Below are positions 33,088 to 44,571 of a DNA stretch of 64,000 nt, one piece after another; the first letter of the stretch is position 1, and every line of letters starts with the position of its first letter. The position numbers and the translations under genes are program-made. The notes beneath the pieces are model-generated. The model was not told the DNA's origin, ran no database searches, and saw only the letters and a list, made by a program, of their open reading frames with translations. The DNA comes from Thermodesulfobacteriota bacterium (lineage in GTDB: Bacteria > Desulfobacterota_D > UBA1144 > Nemesobacterales > UBA2774): positions 1,120,001-1,184,000 of the forward strand of contig OY729416.1 in NCBI GenBank assembly GCA_963422265.1, written 5' to 3'.

Positions 33088-34296
33088 TTAGTCAACCATA
33101 GAAAGAAGGTGTCCTAACTTATCCTTTTTTATCTTAAGATAATTAGAATTGCTGCCGTTAGGTGGTATTTCAATCGGCACTCGCTCTACTATCTGCAGAC
33201 CAAAACCTTCAAGCCCTCTTATTTTTTTTGGGTTGTTAGTAAGAAGCCTCATATTCCTGACTCCGAGATCGAGAAGAACTTGGGCACCTATTCCATAATC
33301 TCTTAAGTCGGGCTTAAAACCAAGTGCTTCATTTGCCTCCACCGTGTCAAAACCGTCATCCTGAAGGGCATAAGCCCTTATCTTATTTACAAGTCCTATA
33401 CCTCTTCCCTCCTGCCTCATATAGAGAATAACCCCCTTGCCATCCTGCTCAATGATTCGCATGGCTTGGCGAATTTGTGGTCCACAGTCACATCTCAAAG
33501 AGCCGAAGACGTCGCTTGTAAGACACTCGGAGTGAACCCTCACCAAAATGTCATCTTCAGGAGTAATGTCACCCTTGACGAATGCGACGTGGTTATGAGG
33601 ATCAATATCGCTCTCATAGACTATGGCTTTAAATTCCCCGCATCCCGTCGGTATCACGGCAGCTGCGGCTCTTCTGACAAAACTCTCAGCCCTTAGGCGA
33701 TAGCTAATTAGATCAGCCGTTGATGCTATCTTTATGCCGTGGTTTTCAGCGAATTTTTCTAAATCAGGGAGCCTCGCCATATCGCCATCATCATTCATTA
33801 TTTCACAGATGACGGCGGCTGGCTTTAACCCAGCGAGCCTCGCTATGTCAACCGATCCCTCCGTGTGTCCCGCCCTCACGAGAACCCCTCCTCTCCTTGC
33901 TATAAGCGGGAAAACGTGCCCTGGCCTTACAAAGTCCTGAGGTCTAGCATCATCCGAGATAGCCAGCTTAATAGTAGCAGCCCGATCATAAGCCGATATT
34001 CCCGTAGTTATTCCATAAGACGCGTCTATAGGTACAGTAAAAGCCGTGTATTGCGGCACGGGATTATACTCTGGCTTTATGGGTTGGAGTCCTATCCGAT
34101 CCGCGTTTTTTTTGGTAAGCGCCATACATATAAGACCCCTTCCGTGCGTTGCCATAAAATTTATTATCGCAGGAGTTGCGGCTTCGGCAGCTATAACAAG
34201 ATCACCCTCGTTTTCCCTATCCTTATCATCTACGAGAATTACCATCCTGCCGTTTTTTATATCGGAAATTGCCTCTTCTATTGAGCAAATGGGCAT
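33088..34296 (-). CDS. ribBA: Bifunctional DHBP synthase / GTP cyclohydrolase II
   Basis: DRENEGD, RAGHTE, RVHSEC...CDC, QEGRGIG, TNNPKK. Confidence 0.96.
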   Translation of the reverse strand: MPICSIEEAISDIKNGRMVILVDDKDRENEGDLVIAAEAATPAIINFMATHGRGLICMALTKKNADRIGLQPIKPEYNPVPQYTAFTVPIDASYGITTGISAYDRAATIKLAISDDARPQDFVRPGHVFPLIARRGGVLVRAGHTEGSVDIARLAGLKPAAVICEIMNDDGDMARLPDLEKFAENHGIKIASTADLISYRLRAESFVRRAAAAVIPTGCGEFKAIVYESDIDPHNHVAFVKGDITPEDDILVRVHSECLTSDVFGSLRCDCGPQIRQAMRIIEQDGKGVILYMRQEGRGIGLVNKIRAYALQDDGFDTVEANEALGFKPDLRDYGIGAQVLLDLGVRNMRLLTNNPKKIRGLEGFGLQIVERVPIEIPPNGSNSNYLKIKKDKLGHLLSMVD

Positions 34297-34498
34297 TGCC
34301 TATGCTTACTCCTTAGGTGCGAAAGATCATATACGTTAGAAACGATTACAATATAGGCGAGCAATATGGTTTGTCAAATGCGTGCGTATGGAGCAAACCT
34401 TACTTGCTTAAGTATGTTCTCACATATTTTAAGCGGAAAGCATGCGGGGAAAAGCATGGTTACCTGTTTGTCATAGGATAAGGAAAGGAGTAAACACA

Positions 34499-35503
34499 TT
34501 ATACTGTTTTTAAGTCGAAATCACTCACTAAACTTCTAAAAGTCTCATTATAATAGACCGTCCCATCTGGATATACAAAAAAGGCCCCTATCGCAGGGTG
34601 TTTCTTCAAAAAGCTGAGCGCCTTATCTTTTCCCATAGTGAATAATGCGGTCGCGTATGCATCGCACGCGGTATTATCACCCTTAAGAACTACGGTAACG
34701 CTCAAAAACTCACTCATAGGTCTTCCGGTACTAGGCACGAGCAGGTGATGGTATTTCTTCCCGCCGGATTGTATGCTCCTCTCGTATCCACCACTTGTAG
34801 AAATAGCCAGATCGCCTTTTCCAGTCCTGAACACAGCGATGAGCCCATCTTTCTTCGGATGCTTAATTCCAATTTCAATATTGTCGCCAAATACCCTAAC
34901 GTCACCTGAGAGCGAGACGATACCTTTTTGTATTCCCCTTGTCCTTAGAGTATCCACAGCTTTGTCAATGGCGTATCCTTTACCAATACCACCCAAGTCA
35001 AGCATCATTCCTCTATTTTTTAAGTGAACTTTACCTCCCTCAATTACGACGTTTTTATAGTTAACCAGCGACTTCTGCCTTTTTACGACAGCCTCTTTCG
35101 GCATCTTGCCATTATTCCTTCCGAATCCATAAGCACCTATCGTGAGCGCACCTATGGTAGGATCAAAAGCACCTTCGGTCTCTCTAGCGATATCCATAGC
35201 TCTGCTCAACACCTCTATCAACTCCTTACTTGCTTTTACGGATGACGCTCCCGCCATCCTGTTAATTTCCGATATTTCGCTCTCAGGGTTATAATCTGAC
35301 AGAATAGAGTCGAGCAGCTTGATTACTGAGAACGCCGAGTCCACATCCTCGTTATCTCCACCGTAGATAAGGATGCGCGCCTGCGTCCCCATGTGAATCT
35401 GGGAGCGCTCTATCGGTGGTTGCTGAAAACAAACTGACGGGTTAGCTATATTCAGAAAGAAAAGGAGAAAAAAATTCAAGGCGTAAAAGGTTTTCATATT
35501 CAA
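34499..35503 (-). CDS. FAD:protein FMN transferase (ApbE family)
   Basis: MGT, FDPTIG, DLGGIGKGYA, STSGGYER, YHHL, DAYATA. Confidence 0.9.
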   Translation of the reverse strand: MNMKTFYALNFFLLFFLNIANPSVCFQQPPIERSQIHMGTQARILIYGGDNEDVDSAFSVIKLLDSILSDYNPESEISEINRMAGASSVKASKELIEVLSRAMDIARETEGAFDPTIGALTIGAYGFGRNNGKMPKEAVVKRQKSLVNYKNVVIEGGKVHLKNRGMMLDLGGIGKGYAIDKAVDTLRTRGIQKGIVSLSGDVRVFGDNIEIGIKHPKKDGLIAVFRTGKGDLAISTSGGYERSIQSGGKKYHHLLVPSTGRPMSEFLSVTVVLKGDNTACDAYATALFTMGKDKALSFLKKHPAIGAFFVYPDGTVYYNETFRSLVSDFDLKTV

Positions 35504-35667
35504 TAGTCTTATTGCGCTATAATTTCTAAGATAGGAATGTGAAACAACTCTCTTTATTTACAGCATCCTGACGTGTATTCTAACCAGTTAGAGTTAGCTA
35601 TGTAATGAATTTGTATAGTTGGCGTAATCTCTAGTCATTGTAGGTAGTTAGCTCCACAGAAACATTG

Positions 35668-36810
35668 ATGATTATCGAGTGCCAGAATTGTAAGAGGAAA
35701 TTTAAAGTTGATGAGTCCCGAATTACCACGCCTAGAGTCAGGGCAAGATGTTCTAAGTGCAGCCACGTATTTTTCATTGAAAGATCAGAAAGTTCAATAA
35801 GTTCTGAAAACGCTCGCGCATCTAACGAACAACATGAGAGCGCACAACCTGAAAGCCTAGAGGAGATAACGGAATCTCAGAGAGGCACATCTAAAGTCAC
35901 CGAGCACCCTCGCGCCGGTATTTATACTCAGGAAAACAAGGAACTAAGGGAAAATAAAGAAAAGGATTTTAAGTGGGTAATCCCAGATGCGGATGAAGCT
36001 CTGGCGGAGCGGACTTTAAAACTCCCCAAAATGTTTGAAGACGAAAGCAATGAGAACGTTGATCATGGGGAAGAGTCAGCGGAAAATGATAATGAGGGGA
36101 CAAGGGCAAGCGAGGGAATGTATAGCCCTTCTGAGATCAGAGGCTTTTCTCCGCCAAGCCCCAAAGAAGAATTGCCGATTGACTATCACAATCCAGCTAT
36201 GGCGGCTTTAGGATATTCGGCAGGCATATTTTTTAAGATCGCATTTGCCCTATCCACCCTGTTGGTTCTAGTCGTTATAATAGCTTCAACGCTGTCTATT
36301 CTAGACAATCTTGGATTTCTCTCTAAGGGCTGGTCTGACACAATTAAGAATAGCACCAAGTTGATAATACCTATAGAATTTTTTGAGGAACCAAAGAATG
36401 ATATTGCAATAGCTGAGTACAGAGGGAGATGGCTGCAAACGGTTAATGGACCTCTATTCGTAGTTTCGGGGAAGATTATTAATAGGCGCGAATACCCCGT
36501 GCACTATGTCAAACTCAAGACTGAATTCACGTCTGTAGGGAATAAGTTGTTTGAAAATGTGACGTATGCGGGCAACACTTTTACGGAAGACGAGCTTACA
36601 GCAATGACGACCAAAGAGATATTATTGAGGCTTAAAAGGAAGAACGGTGATATAAGTTACGTCAGTCCTAAGAAGCTCGCAGGCCTTAACTATAATATAG
36701 AGTCGGGTGAATCCATACCGTTCTTTGCGGTTTTTCCCTCGGAGATCAGATTGTTGGGTTTGAGATACAAACCCAGAGTTATTGACTATGAGAATTCACT
36801 GGCTAGATAA
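35668..36810 (+). CDS. Zinc-ribbon (MJ0042-type) / DUF3426-like membrane protein
   Basis: CQNC...CSKC N-terminus, disordered linker, one TM helix, C-terminal beta domain. Confidence 0.75.
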   Translation: MIIECQNCKRKFKVDESRITTPRVRARCSKCSHVFFIERSESSISSENARASNEQHESAQPESLEEITESQRGTSKVTEHPRAGIYTQENKELRENKEKDFKWVIPDADEALAERTLKLPKMFEDESNENVDHGEESAENDNEGTRASEGMYSPSEIRGFSPPSPKEELPIDYHNPAMAALGYSAGIFFKIAFALSTLLVLVVIIASTLSILDNLGFLSKGWSDTIKNSTKLIIPIEFFEEPKNDIAIAEYRGRWLQTVNGPLFVVSGKIINRREYPVHYVKLKTEFTSVGNKLFENVTYAGNTFTEDELTAMTTKEILLRLKRKNGDISYVSPKKLAGLNYNIESGESIPFFAVFPSEIRLLGLRYKPRVIDYENSLAR

Positions 36811-37045
36811 AGGTAGGGGCTGGCGCTTATTGGTTTTATGCAAGGGTATATTGGTATGGGGAAAGGGTATATATCTTGATACGTCCTATTAGATCAAGTA
36901 AACTCATATCATACATGTCTTAGCTTTATGGTGTTGGCTTACTTTGATTTCCACAAAATTTATAATATCTTATGCGTAAAATCTGAACAATTTTAACTAT
37001 TGTATAAAAATAAATAGCTGTTCTGCACTATGCGGAGGGGAAAAG

Positions 37046-37495
37046 ATGAGCTTATCTACACGTCTAAAAGTAAGCGTTAGCCAGGATGGAATGCTACCGC
37101 AGGAAACGGTTGAGGTCGCTACTTTAGAATTTCCTATGCTGACACAGAAATTACTCAAAGCGCTCAGTTTCGAACGTATAGATCCTAAAATATACGTTGG
37201 GATACTCCCGGTGTCTATTAGTCTTGGAGGTAAGGAACAGGAAATTGAAATAGAGATGACAGTGAGTCTCCCTGAAATGAGAAAGAAAATAATTGAGGTC
37301 TTTAAGACGCCGGTTAAGGTCATAGCCGCTGCTGAAGGCAAACAAACTAGCAGAGCATCCAGGGCGTCTAAAAAAGCAGCTCCGGACGAGGCTAAGGATC
37401 AAACAAAAAGCCCCCCTTCTACTAAGAAGGCAGTTTCTAAAAGAAAAGCAACCACCCGAACCAAAAAAGCCCCTACGGAACCCGAGAACCAGTAG
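37046..37495 (+). CDS. Hypothetical protein with K/A/T-rich C-terminal tail
   Basis: GGAGG RBS; in line with guaB. Confidence 0.65.
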   Translation: MSLSTRLKVSVSQDGMLPQETVEVATLEFPMLTQKLLKALSFERIDPKIYVGILPVSISLGGKEQEIEIEMTVSLPEMRKKIIEVFKTPVKVIAAAEGKQTSRASRASKKAAPDEAKDQTKSPPSTKKAVSKRKATTRTKKAPTEPENQ

Positions 37496-37517
37496 GGATA
37501 CGTCCAAGGAATATGTA

Positions 37518-38993
37518 ATGAGTATAGAACATTTTACGGAATTTTTAACGTTTGACGACGTTCTTCTAATACCTGCTTACTCTGAGATTTTACCCAACGA
37601 AGTGGACGTCTCCACTCAATTAACGACTAATATAAAGCTCAACATACCCTTGCTTAGTGCAGCTATGGACACGGTGACGGAGTCGAAAACAGCAATAGCC
37701 ATGGCTCAGTCGGGTGGAATTGGCATTATACATAGAAACCTCGATACGAAATCACAAGCGGCAGAGGTAAGCAGGGTAAAGAAATACGAGAGTGGAATGA
37801 TAGTAGACCCGCTAACGGTCTATCCTGACCACCTGGTAAGAGAAGCACTCGATATAATGCTGAACCAAAATATCACGGGACTCCCAGTTACAAAAAGAGA
37901 CGATACGTTGCTCGGGATAGTAACGTATCGAGACCTACGGTTTGAAAGAAACCTTGATTTTAGGGTCAGACAGGTAATGACCCCGAGGAGGAAGCTTGTT
38001 AGCGTGCGGGAGGGCACAACCCTTGAGGACGCAAAGAAACTTCTCCATAAATATAAGATAGAAAAACTTCCCGTTGTTGACGACGAGTTTAAGCTTCGTG
38101 GACTGATAACCATGAAAGATATAGAGAAGATAGAGAAGTATCCTATCGCTTCTAAGGATAAAAGGGGAAGGCTCAGATGTGGCGCAGCCGTCGGAGTAGG
38201 TCCCGACAGGGAAGAGAGAGTAGAATCTCTACTTAACGTAGGGTGTGACGTTATAGTAATAGATACTGCCCACGGACATTCAAAAAGGGTAATTGACGCT
38301 ATAAGGTCGACTAAATCCAACTTTCCCGGCGTAGAGCTAATAGCGGGTAACGTTGGGACGAGAGATGGGGCGGAGGCAGTAGTAAAAGCTGGCGCGGACG
38401 CCGTCAAAATAGGGGTAGGACCAGGATCCATTTGCACAACCAGGGTTATCGCTGGGATAGGGGTTCCTCAGATTTCCGCCATATTAGAAGTAGCAAGAGC
38501 AACAGCCAACCGCAACGTGCCTATAATAGCAGATGGTGGAATAAAGTATTCTGGGGATATAACCAAAGCGCTCGCAGCGGGAGCGCATTCAGTAATGATA
38601 GGAAATCTTTTTGCAGGCACGGATGAGGCGCCAGGAGAGATAATTCTTTTTCAGGGAAGAACGTATAAGGTCTATAGGGGAATGGGTTCTATTGAGGCGA
38701 TGAAAAAGGGAAGCAGGGATCGCTACGCTCAGAATCTAGGGGATGACATGATAGACTCCAAATTAGTACCCGAAGGAATAGAGGGAAGGATCCCCTACCG
38801 TGGTAGGATAGGCGATATGATCTATCAACTGGTCGGGGGGCTTAGGGCTGGTATGGGCTATACAGGTTGTATAACCACTTCTGAACTAAGAAACAAAGCT
38901 AAATTTATCAAAGTGACTAACGCCGGGCTTCGTGAGGGACACGTGCACGACGTAATAATTACTAAAGAGTCTCCTAATTACAGAATTGAGTAG
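37518..38993 (+). CDS. guaB: IMP dehydrogenase
   Basis: [11 protein letters not shown] pair, [17 protein letters not shown]. Confidence 0.97.
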   Translation: MSIEHFTEFLTFDDVLLIPAYSEILPNEVDVSTQLTTNIKLNIPLLSAAMDTVTESKTAIAMAQSGGIGIIHRNLDTKSQAAEVSRVKKYESGMIVDPLTVYPDHLVREALDIMLNQNITGLPVTKRDDTLLGIVTYRDLRFERNLDFRVRQVMTPRRKLVSVREGTTLEDAKKLLHKYKIEKLPVVDDEFKLRGLITMKDIEKIEKYPIASKDKRGRLRCGAAVGVGPDREERVESLLNVGCDVIVIDTAHGHSKRVIDAIRSTKSNFPGVELIAGNVGTRDGAEAVVKAGADAVKIGVGPGSICTTRVIAGIGVPQISAILEVARATANRNVPIIADGGIKYSGDITKALAAGAHSVMIGNLFAGTDEAPGEIILFQGRTYKVYRGMGSIEAMKKGSRDRYAQNLGDDMIDSKLVPEGIEGRIPYRGRIGDMIYQLVGGLRAGMGYTGCITTSELRNKAKFIKVTNAGLREGHVHDVIITKESPNYRIE

Positions 38994-39060
38994 TTCACTA
39001 AGCAAGAAGCACTACTTTAGCACCTTCCACCCCTAGTTAAACCGGTGGCCTATTAACTTC

Positions 39061-40590
39061 ATGCGCGAAACCATCTTGGTTCTTGATTTTGGTTCCCAGT
39101 ACACGCAGCTTATAGCGAGAAGAACAAGGGAATTACGCGTGCATTCCGAGATAAAGCCCTTTAGCACGCCCTTAGATCGCATAAAACAAGCCAAACCTAA
39201 AGCCATTATCCTCTCAGGCGGACCCGCAAGCGTTTGGGATGAAGGCTCGCCTAAGCTAGCACCTGAGGCGTTTGGACTCGGAATTCCGATACTAGGCATC
39301 TGCTATGGTATGCAGATTACGGTTCACCAGCTTGGAGGCAAGATAGAGCGTTCCCAAAGACGGGAATTTGGCCCGGCGAATCTCAGGGTAATAGATAAAT
39401 CTGATTTGCTAAGTGGCATCCCCGATGATGAAGTATGGATGTCTCATTCTGACCGCGTGCTTGAACTCCCACCAGGATTTGAATTGATTGCCGAGAGCGA
39501 AAACTCACCCAACGCTGCCGTAAGATGCCTAAATCTCGGAATCTACTGCACACAGTTTCACCCCGAGGTTATTCATACGAAATACGGAAAGGAAATACTG
39601 TCAAACTTCATTTTTAAGATCGCAAAGTGCAAAGGCTCCTGGACACCTAAATCCTTTGTCGAGACGAAAATAAAAGACATTAAGGAGAAAGTAGGAGAAT
39701 CACGCGTTATATGTGGACTTTCGGGTGGCGTCGATTCGGCGGTGGCGGCGGTAATAATTAGTCGCGCCATATTAGATAGACTTCACTGTATTTTTGTTGA
39801 CACGGGTCTCCTCAGACTAAACGAGGCAAAGGAAGTCGTAGAATCCTTTAGGAACATGGGTCTTAATTTAATTCACATAGACGCAAGGGACAGATTTCTA
39901 AGAAACCTCGAGGGTGTTTCGGATCCGGAGAGAAAGAGAAAAATAATAGGGCGCGAGTTCATCGGCGTCTTTGAAGAAAAGTCTTCTAAGATCAATGGTG
40001 CTGAATTTCTCGCCCAAGGGACCTTATATCCCGACGTCATAGAAAGCGTAAGCGTAAAGGGCCCCTCGGCTACCATAAAATCACACCATAACGTCGGTGG
40101 GCTTCCGGAGAAAATGAATTTGAAGCTAATAGAACCGCTGAGAGAGCTTTTTAAGGATGAGGTGAGGGAAGTAGGTTCCGAGCTTGGCGTGCCGATTGAA
40201 ATACTCAATCGACATCCCTTTCCTGGACCCGGACTCGCTATAAGGATCATAGGCGAAATAGATGAAAAGACCGTTAGCACGCTCCAACACGCTGATCACA
40301 TTTTCATAGAGGAGATAAGGCAGGCAGGTTTATACGATGATATATGGCAGGCATTTTGCGTGTTTCTACCCTGCAGAACTGTAGGCGTGATGGGAGATGA
40401 AAGAACTTATGAAAACGTTATAGCACTCAGGGCAGTAACCAGCCTCGACGGCATGACGGCAAGTTGGGCACGTATTCCTTACGAATTGCTTGAGATAACG
40501 TCCGTCCGGATAATCAATGAAGTGGCGGGCGTTAACCGCGTTGTCTATGACGTTTCTACAAAACCCCCCAGCACAATCGAGTGGGAATGA
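39061..40590 (+). CDS. guaA: GMP synthase (glutamine-hydrolysing)
   Basis: [31 protein letters not shown]. Confidence 0.97.
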   Translation: MRETILVLDFGSQYTQLIARRTRELRVHSEIKPFSTPLDRIKQAKPKAIILSGGPASVWDEGSPKLAPEAFGLGIPILGICYGMQITVHQLGGKIERSQRREFGPANLRVIDKSDLLSGIPDDEVWMSHSDRVLELPPGFELIAESENSPNAAVRCLNLGIYCTQFHPEVIHTKYGKEILSNFIFKIAKCKGSWTPKSFVETKIKDIKEKVGESRVICGLSGGVDSAVAAVIISRAILDRLHCIFVDTGLLRLNEAKEVVESFRNMGLNLIHIDARDRFLRNLEGVSDPERKRKIIGREFIGVFEEKSSKINGAEFLAQGTLYPDVIESVSVKGPSATIKSHHNVGGLPEKMNLKLIEPLRELFKDEVREVGSELGVPIEILNRHPFPGPGLAIRIIGEIDEKTVSTLQHADHIFIEEIRQAGLYDDIWQAFCVFLPCRTVGVMGDERTYENVIALRAVTSLDGMTASWARIPYELLEITSVRIINEVAGVNRVVYDVSTKPPSTIEWE

Positions 40591-40612
40591 TCTAATACAA
40601 AATTGAATATAG

Positions 40613-40834
40613 CTATTTGTTGGGAATGTTGAGAGGCTTCTTAAATATGCCGAATTCCCCAGTAATGGAAACAAGCTCCCATGAATCCTCTCCAAGCTCC
40701 TTTAAGGTAGCTTCAACCCCGTTTCCGTGTTTCGCTCTCCTGGAGGCAGCAGCTTCTTTTGATATGGCTATGTCGTGATCGCCCGTTTCATTAAAGAGTT
40801 TGTCGATTGAAACAACCTTGTAATCCCATTTCAT
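40613..40834 (-). CDS. DUF4177-like small protein
   Basis: MKWDYKVV...LKELGEDSWELVS...FKKP. Confidence 0.75.
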   Translation of the reverse strand: MKWDYKVVSIDKLFNETGDHDIAISKEAAASRRAKHGNGVEATLKELGEDSWELVSITGEFGIFKKPLNIPNK

Positions 40835-41034
40835 TTGGCTTCTTCCTCTTGAGACTCTTCAGCTTGCAATTGATCCTTGTTATTTTCATCCTCTAATATA
40901 AGAACTTCTCCCTTCTCTTCAGCATCTGGAAGCTCTTTTATATATTTGTCGTAATCCTTTTTTGTAATTAGAGCTTCCTTGACGTTCCGATGAGCTATCC
41001 TGACGTCGTATAAGAATTCATCGCTCTTTTTCAT
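40831..41034 (-). CDS. Small hypothetical protein
   Basis: ATG at 41034 after GGAGGGAG; FLYDVRIAHRN...YIKELPD. Confidence 0.65.
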   Translation of the reverse strand: MKKSDEFLYDVRIAHRNVKEALITKKDYDKYIKELPDAEEKGEVLILEDENNKDQLQAEESQEEEAK

Positions 41035-41096
41035 AATATATACTCCCTCCACACAGCGGTTAATAATACCTAAAGATTGTTCCTTGACAATTAGCG

Positions 41097-42008
41097 TTAC
41101 TTGAACCATTCCCACGTGATCCTAATTCCCTCTTGCAAGCTAACTGCAGGTGACCATCCAAGCTTTTCTTTTGCAAGCTCGGCATCGAGGCTTATTTTCT
41201 CTACCTCTCCCGGACGAGCATCGGCATGTCTTATAGAGAAATCCTTTCCTACCGATTGCCTAAGCTCGGAGATCAAGCCGTTAACTGACGTTTCAACGCC
41301 GGTGCCTAGATTATAGCTTCCAGACGGCGCGCTAAGGCTTTTTAGATTAGCATCCGCTACGTCTCCCACGTAAACGTAGTCCCTTGTTTGATTGCCGTCT
41401 CCAAAGACGAGGCAAGTCTCACCCGACAGTATCTTATCGCAGAATATAGCAACTACACCTGCTTCCCCGTGCGGGTTCTGTCGTGGTCCATAAACGTTCG
41501 CATATCTTAGGGCTACGTAATTGAGGGAATACAAGCAATTGTAATACTTTATGTACACCTCCGCAGCATATTTTGACGCCCCGTAAGGGGATATAGGAAC
41601 GGGGGGAGTCCCTTCATCAGCTGGAATGATCTGGGGATCACCATAGATAGCACCACCCGTCGATGCGAAAACGAACCTATTAACATTGTGTCTGACGGAC
41701 AATTCAAGCAGATTAAGCGTGCCTAATATGTTAATCTCAGCATCCAACGCCGGGCTCTCGACTGACTTTCTAACATCAACCTGTGCCGCATGGTGATTGA
41801 CTACGTCTGGTTTGAAATCAGATAACGTGCTATTGAGAAAGTCGCTTTCTCTGACGTCCCCTTTTATGAAATCCGCCTTCTTGGGTATATTGTTAGCGTT
41901 TCCCGTTGAAAGGTTATCAATTATTAAAACCTCGTGACCTTGGTCTATAAAAGCACCTGCGACCCATGATCCTATGAATCCTGCTCCGCCAGTTACGATA
42001 ATTCTCAT
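41097..42008 (-). CDS. NAD-dependent epimerase/dehydratase (UDP-glucose 4-epimerase-like)
   Basis: TGGAGFIG, STGGAIYG, YGASK, NVYGPRQ. Confidence 0.92.
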   Translation of the reverse strand: MRIIVTGGAGFIGSWVAGAFIDQGHEVLIIDNLSTGNANNIPKKADFIKGDVRESDFLNSTLSDFKPDVVNHHAAQVDVRKSVESPALDAEINILGTLNLLELSVRHNVNRFVFASTGGAIYGDPQIIPADEGTPPVPISPYGASKYAAEVYIKYYNCLYSLNYVALRYANVYGPRQNPHGEAGVVAIFCDKILSGETCLVFGDGNQTRDYVYVGDVADANLKSLSAPSGSYNLGTGVETSVNGLISELRQSVGKDFSIRHADARPGEVEKISLDAELAKEKLGWSPAVSLQEGIRITWEWFK

Positions 42009-42124
42009 CTACACCCATCCTTTATATGCTGATATATGCTGAAATTTATAGCTTTACAAGTTTTAACCCTTGAGCTCATCCTATGCTTGAGCAATAATAA
42101 CAGAGCAAGCGGTCAATTCAAATA

Positions 42125-43210
42125 TTAAGATAAATCCTTTAGCTTTGGCATCACTTCCTCTACAAGAAGCCTCATTGAACGAGCCCACTTGTCCTTTGGT
42201 CGCCATTCATGCCCCATCACAAGGAGCGTTCCAAAACCACCTACATATTTGTGAAGCTCACTTATTTGCCTAGCGACGTCGTCCGGACTTCCCACAAGCC
42301 AAAGGTTCTCAATCATATAATCTATCGTGACGTCGGCGTCGCTCATGGATTTATCAGTCTTAAAAACGTCTAAATTCCCCCTGATCTTGGGAACCATCTT
42401 AAAGAAGTAATCGGTAAAGTCTCTAGCCAGAGTCCCTTCCTTGACACCTTCTTTCGCCTCTTCCGTAGTATCAGCTACATATACGTCTCTTGCAATCCTC
42501 CATTTTGTTCTATCAGGGATTATACCTGAATTGAGCGCCCCCTCTTGCACCGATGCCCAATGAGATTTCAAAACGCCCTTGGTAGCAAAATTGATGCTCA
42601 TAGGTATCCAGCCGTTTGCGCCTGCGATTTTAAGAGTTCCAGAGTTTGCGGTAATTCCGGCTACCGCTATAGGTGGGTGTGGTTTCTGATAGGGCTTAGT
42701 ATGCACCCCAAGTCCTACGTCCACTTGTGGTTCTGGAACGGAGAAATGCCACCTTTTATTTTGATATTCGCCGGGTTTAGGGTTATTCCATAGATTGAGA
42801 ATGAATTCTAATGATTCGTTGGTAAGCTCTCTTTGCTCGCCAGTTTGGGGATCTACGTGAAAAGCCTCAAAATCACCTATAAAGCTACCAGCTCCTATAC
42901 CCCAATAGAATCTCCCCTTCGCTAGATGATCTAGCACGGCGATCCTATGGGCAAGCACAAAAGGATCGTGCTCTGGAAGGCACGAGACGCCTGTGCCCAG
43001 AATGATATTTTTAGTAAGTGGAATCGCTTTGGCTATAAAGAGATCAGGTGCAGCTATGTTTTCCCATCCAGCCGTAAAGTGCTCGCCAATCCACGCTTCC
43101 TTAAACCCAATCTCATCAAGAAATATTATTTGTTCAAGGTCCTCATCCATGCTCTGCGTAAGGTCAGAACCCGCAGGATGAAGAGGCATCGTAAAATAGC
43201 CTATTTCCAA
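42125..43210 (-). CDS. Luciferase-like (LLM) flavin-dependent monooxygenase
   Basis: EAWIGEH, LGTGV, LDHLAKGR, KPYQKPHPP, VGSPDDV. Confidence 0.88.
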   Translation of the reverse strand: MEIGYFTMPLHPAGSDLTQSMDEDLEQIIFLDEIGFKEAWIGEHFTAGWENIAAPDLFIAKAIPLTKNIILGTGVSCLPEHDPFVLAHRIAVLDHLAKGRFYWGIGAGSFIGDFEAFHVDPQTGEQRELTNESLEFILNLWNNPKPGEYQNKRWHFSVPEPQVDVGLGVHTKPYQKPHPPIAVAGITANSGTLKIAGANGWIPMSINFATKGVLKSHWASVQEGALNSGIIPDRTKWRIARDVYVADTTEEAKEGVKEGTLARDFTDYFFKMVPKIRGNLDVFKTDKSMSDADVTIDYMIENLWLVGSPDDVARQISELHKYVGGFGTLLVMGHEWRPKDKWARSMRLLVEEVMPKLKDLS

Positions 43211-43440
43211 CAGAGTCTCCGCTTGATTTCAATAGATATGGCAACCGTTTGTAGGTCAACGTTGATAGAATAAACAATCATATCTTTTGCGTTTCTCGCA
43301 ATTTAATCTCCAAGTTAAAGTTTGGCGCTTCTGCATAAGGCTGACAAGATAAGCGTTAATCGCTGGCCACAATTACACCCTACCCTCTTAAAAAACGGAG
43401 ATAACCCGTTATATTTTAATTTTTCAAGAGATAACCCAAT

Positions 43441-44160
43441 ATGAGCGACAAAGAAAGTCCCCTATTGAATCTAAGTGAAAGGGGACGAAAGAAGAACGGA
43501 GAGACTATATTTTCTGGCAAGCGCCTATTTATGCAGCTCTTGGCTTTTGGGAATTGCTATGATGCTAGGGCGTTGGTAGAAGCGATAGAAAGGTCTGGTA
43601 TTGACGGCGTAATATACGCGGATATTAATGACCCCAGTGGTATAGGGCTTCTTTCGCTAAGTGCACATCCGGATTTCTTTATAGATGAGCTGAGGAAATT
43701 TACAAATGAGAGTCCATTCGCAAAGCTCGATTTCAAGCCCAAATTCACAATGCTTGGACGAACCTACTCACTCGGTTATGAAGACGACCTAGAGAAGATC
43801 CTGCGCACCGAGCCAAGAAGAAGAGTCCTTGACCCAGAGTTAGCTTGGGCTATCTGGTATCCGCTTAGGAGAAACAAGGCTTTTGAAGCACTGTCAGAGA
43901 ATGAGCAGCGCGCTGTATTGGGCGAGCACGGCAAGCTCGGCTTTAAGTTCGGTCACGCGGGTTACGCTAAGGACATAAGGCTCGCCTGTCACGGGCTCGA
44001 CAAACATGATAACGATTTTGTAATAGGGGTATTAGGAAAGGAACTATTTCCACTCTCTTCACTTATACAAGCGATGCGTAAGACAAAACAAACGTCGCGT
44101 TACATTGAAAGCATGGGTCCATTCTTCGTAGGCAAGGTGATTTGGCAGAGTGGAGTATAG
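43441..44160 (+). CDS. Chlorite dismutase-family / coproheme decarboxylase-like heme protein
   Basis: WYPLRR, EHG proximal His, GLDKHDNDFVI, MR.T, GPFFVG. Confidence 0.8.
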   Translation: MSDKESPLLNLSERGRKKNGETIFSGKRLFMQLLAFGNCYDARALVEAIERSGIDGVIYADINDPSGIGLLSLSAHPDFFIDELRKFTNESPFAKLDFKPKFTMLGRTYSLGYEDDLEKILRTEPRRRVLDPELAWAIWYPLRRNKAFEALSENEQRAVLGEHGKLGFKFGHAGYAKDIRLACHGLDKHDNDFVIGVLGKELFPLSSLIQAMRKTKQTSRYIESMGPFFVGKVIWQSGV

Positions 44161-44259
44161 TTGAGGCATAAAGCATAGGGCGAGTTGCGACAAGTCTAAG
44201 CCTTGCTACTTTTAATATTGGCAATTATTTCTCAGACTTCGATTTAAATCAATTTTTTC

Positions 44260-44538
44260 CTAGTTGTTAAAGTAATTATCAATAATTGCCTGCTCGTCTA
44301 TGCGCATCACTATGAACGAGGTCACATTTTCAAGCCAAGCTCTTACTTCCTCTTTTGTATTGCAAACTACTAGAGAACTAAACTTTTCTCCGCAAAGCTC
44401 TTCCAAACTTTTTTCATCCGCATCTTCCAGATCAAGATAATTCATAACATCCCCTAGAAAGCAGGAAGAAAAAGTCCCAGGCTTTTCTTCGCAAATTTCT
44501 TTCATCCATCTTATTATTTGATCAAAACTTGTTTTCAT
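44260..44538 (-). CDS. Hypothetical protein
   Basis: 92-aa ORF directly downstream of hslU, same strand. Confidence 0.55.
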   Translation of the reverse strand: MKTSFDQIIRWMKEICEEKPGTFSSCFLGDVMNYLDLEDADEKSLEELCGEKFSSLVVCNTKEEVRAWLENVTSFIVMRIDEQAIIDNYFNN

Positions 44539-44571
44539 AGCTTAAAACCAAACAAGGATGCCATACGCATC

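Noticed and set aside
34297..34498. FMN riboswitch upstream of ribBA
   Set aside because: No RFN consensus; a TTGACA-16-TATATT promoter lies only ~50 nt from the start
36955..36982. dif-like site (TTTACGCATAA on the minus strand)
   Set aside because: No XerD arm (TTATGTTAAAT) at the 6-bp spacing
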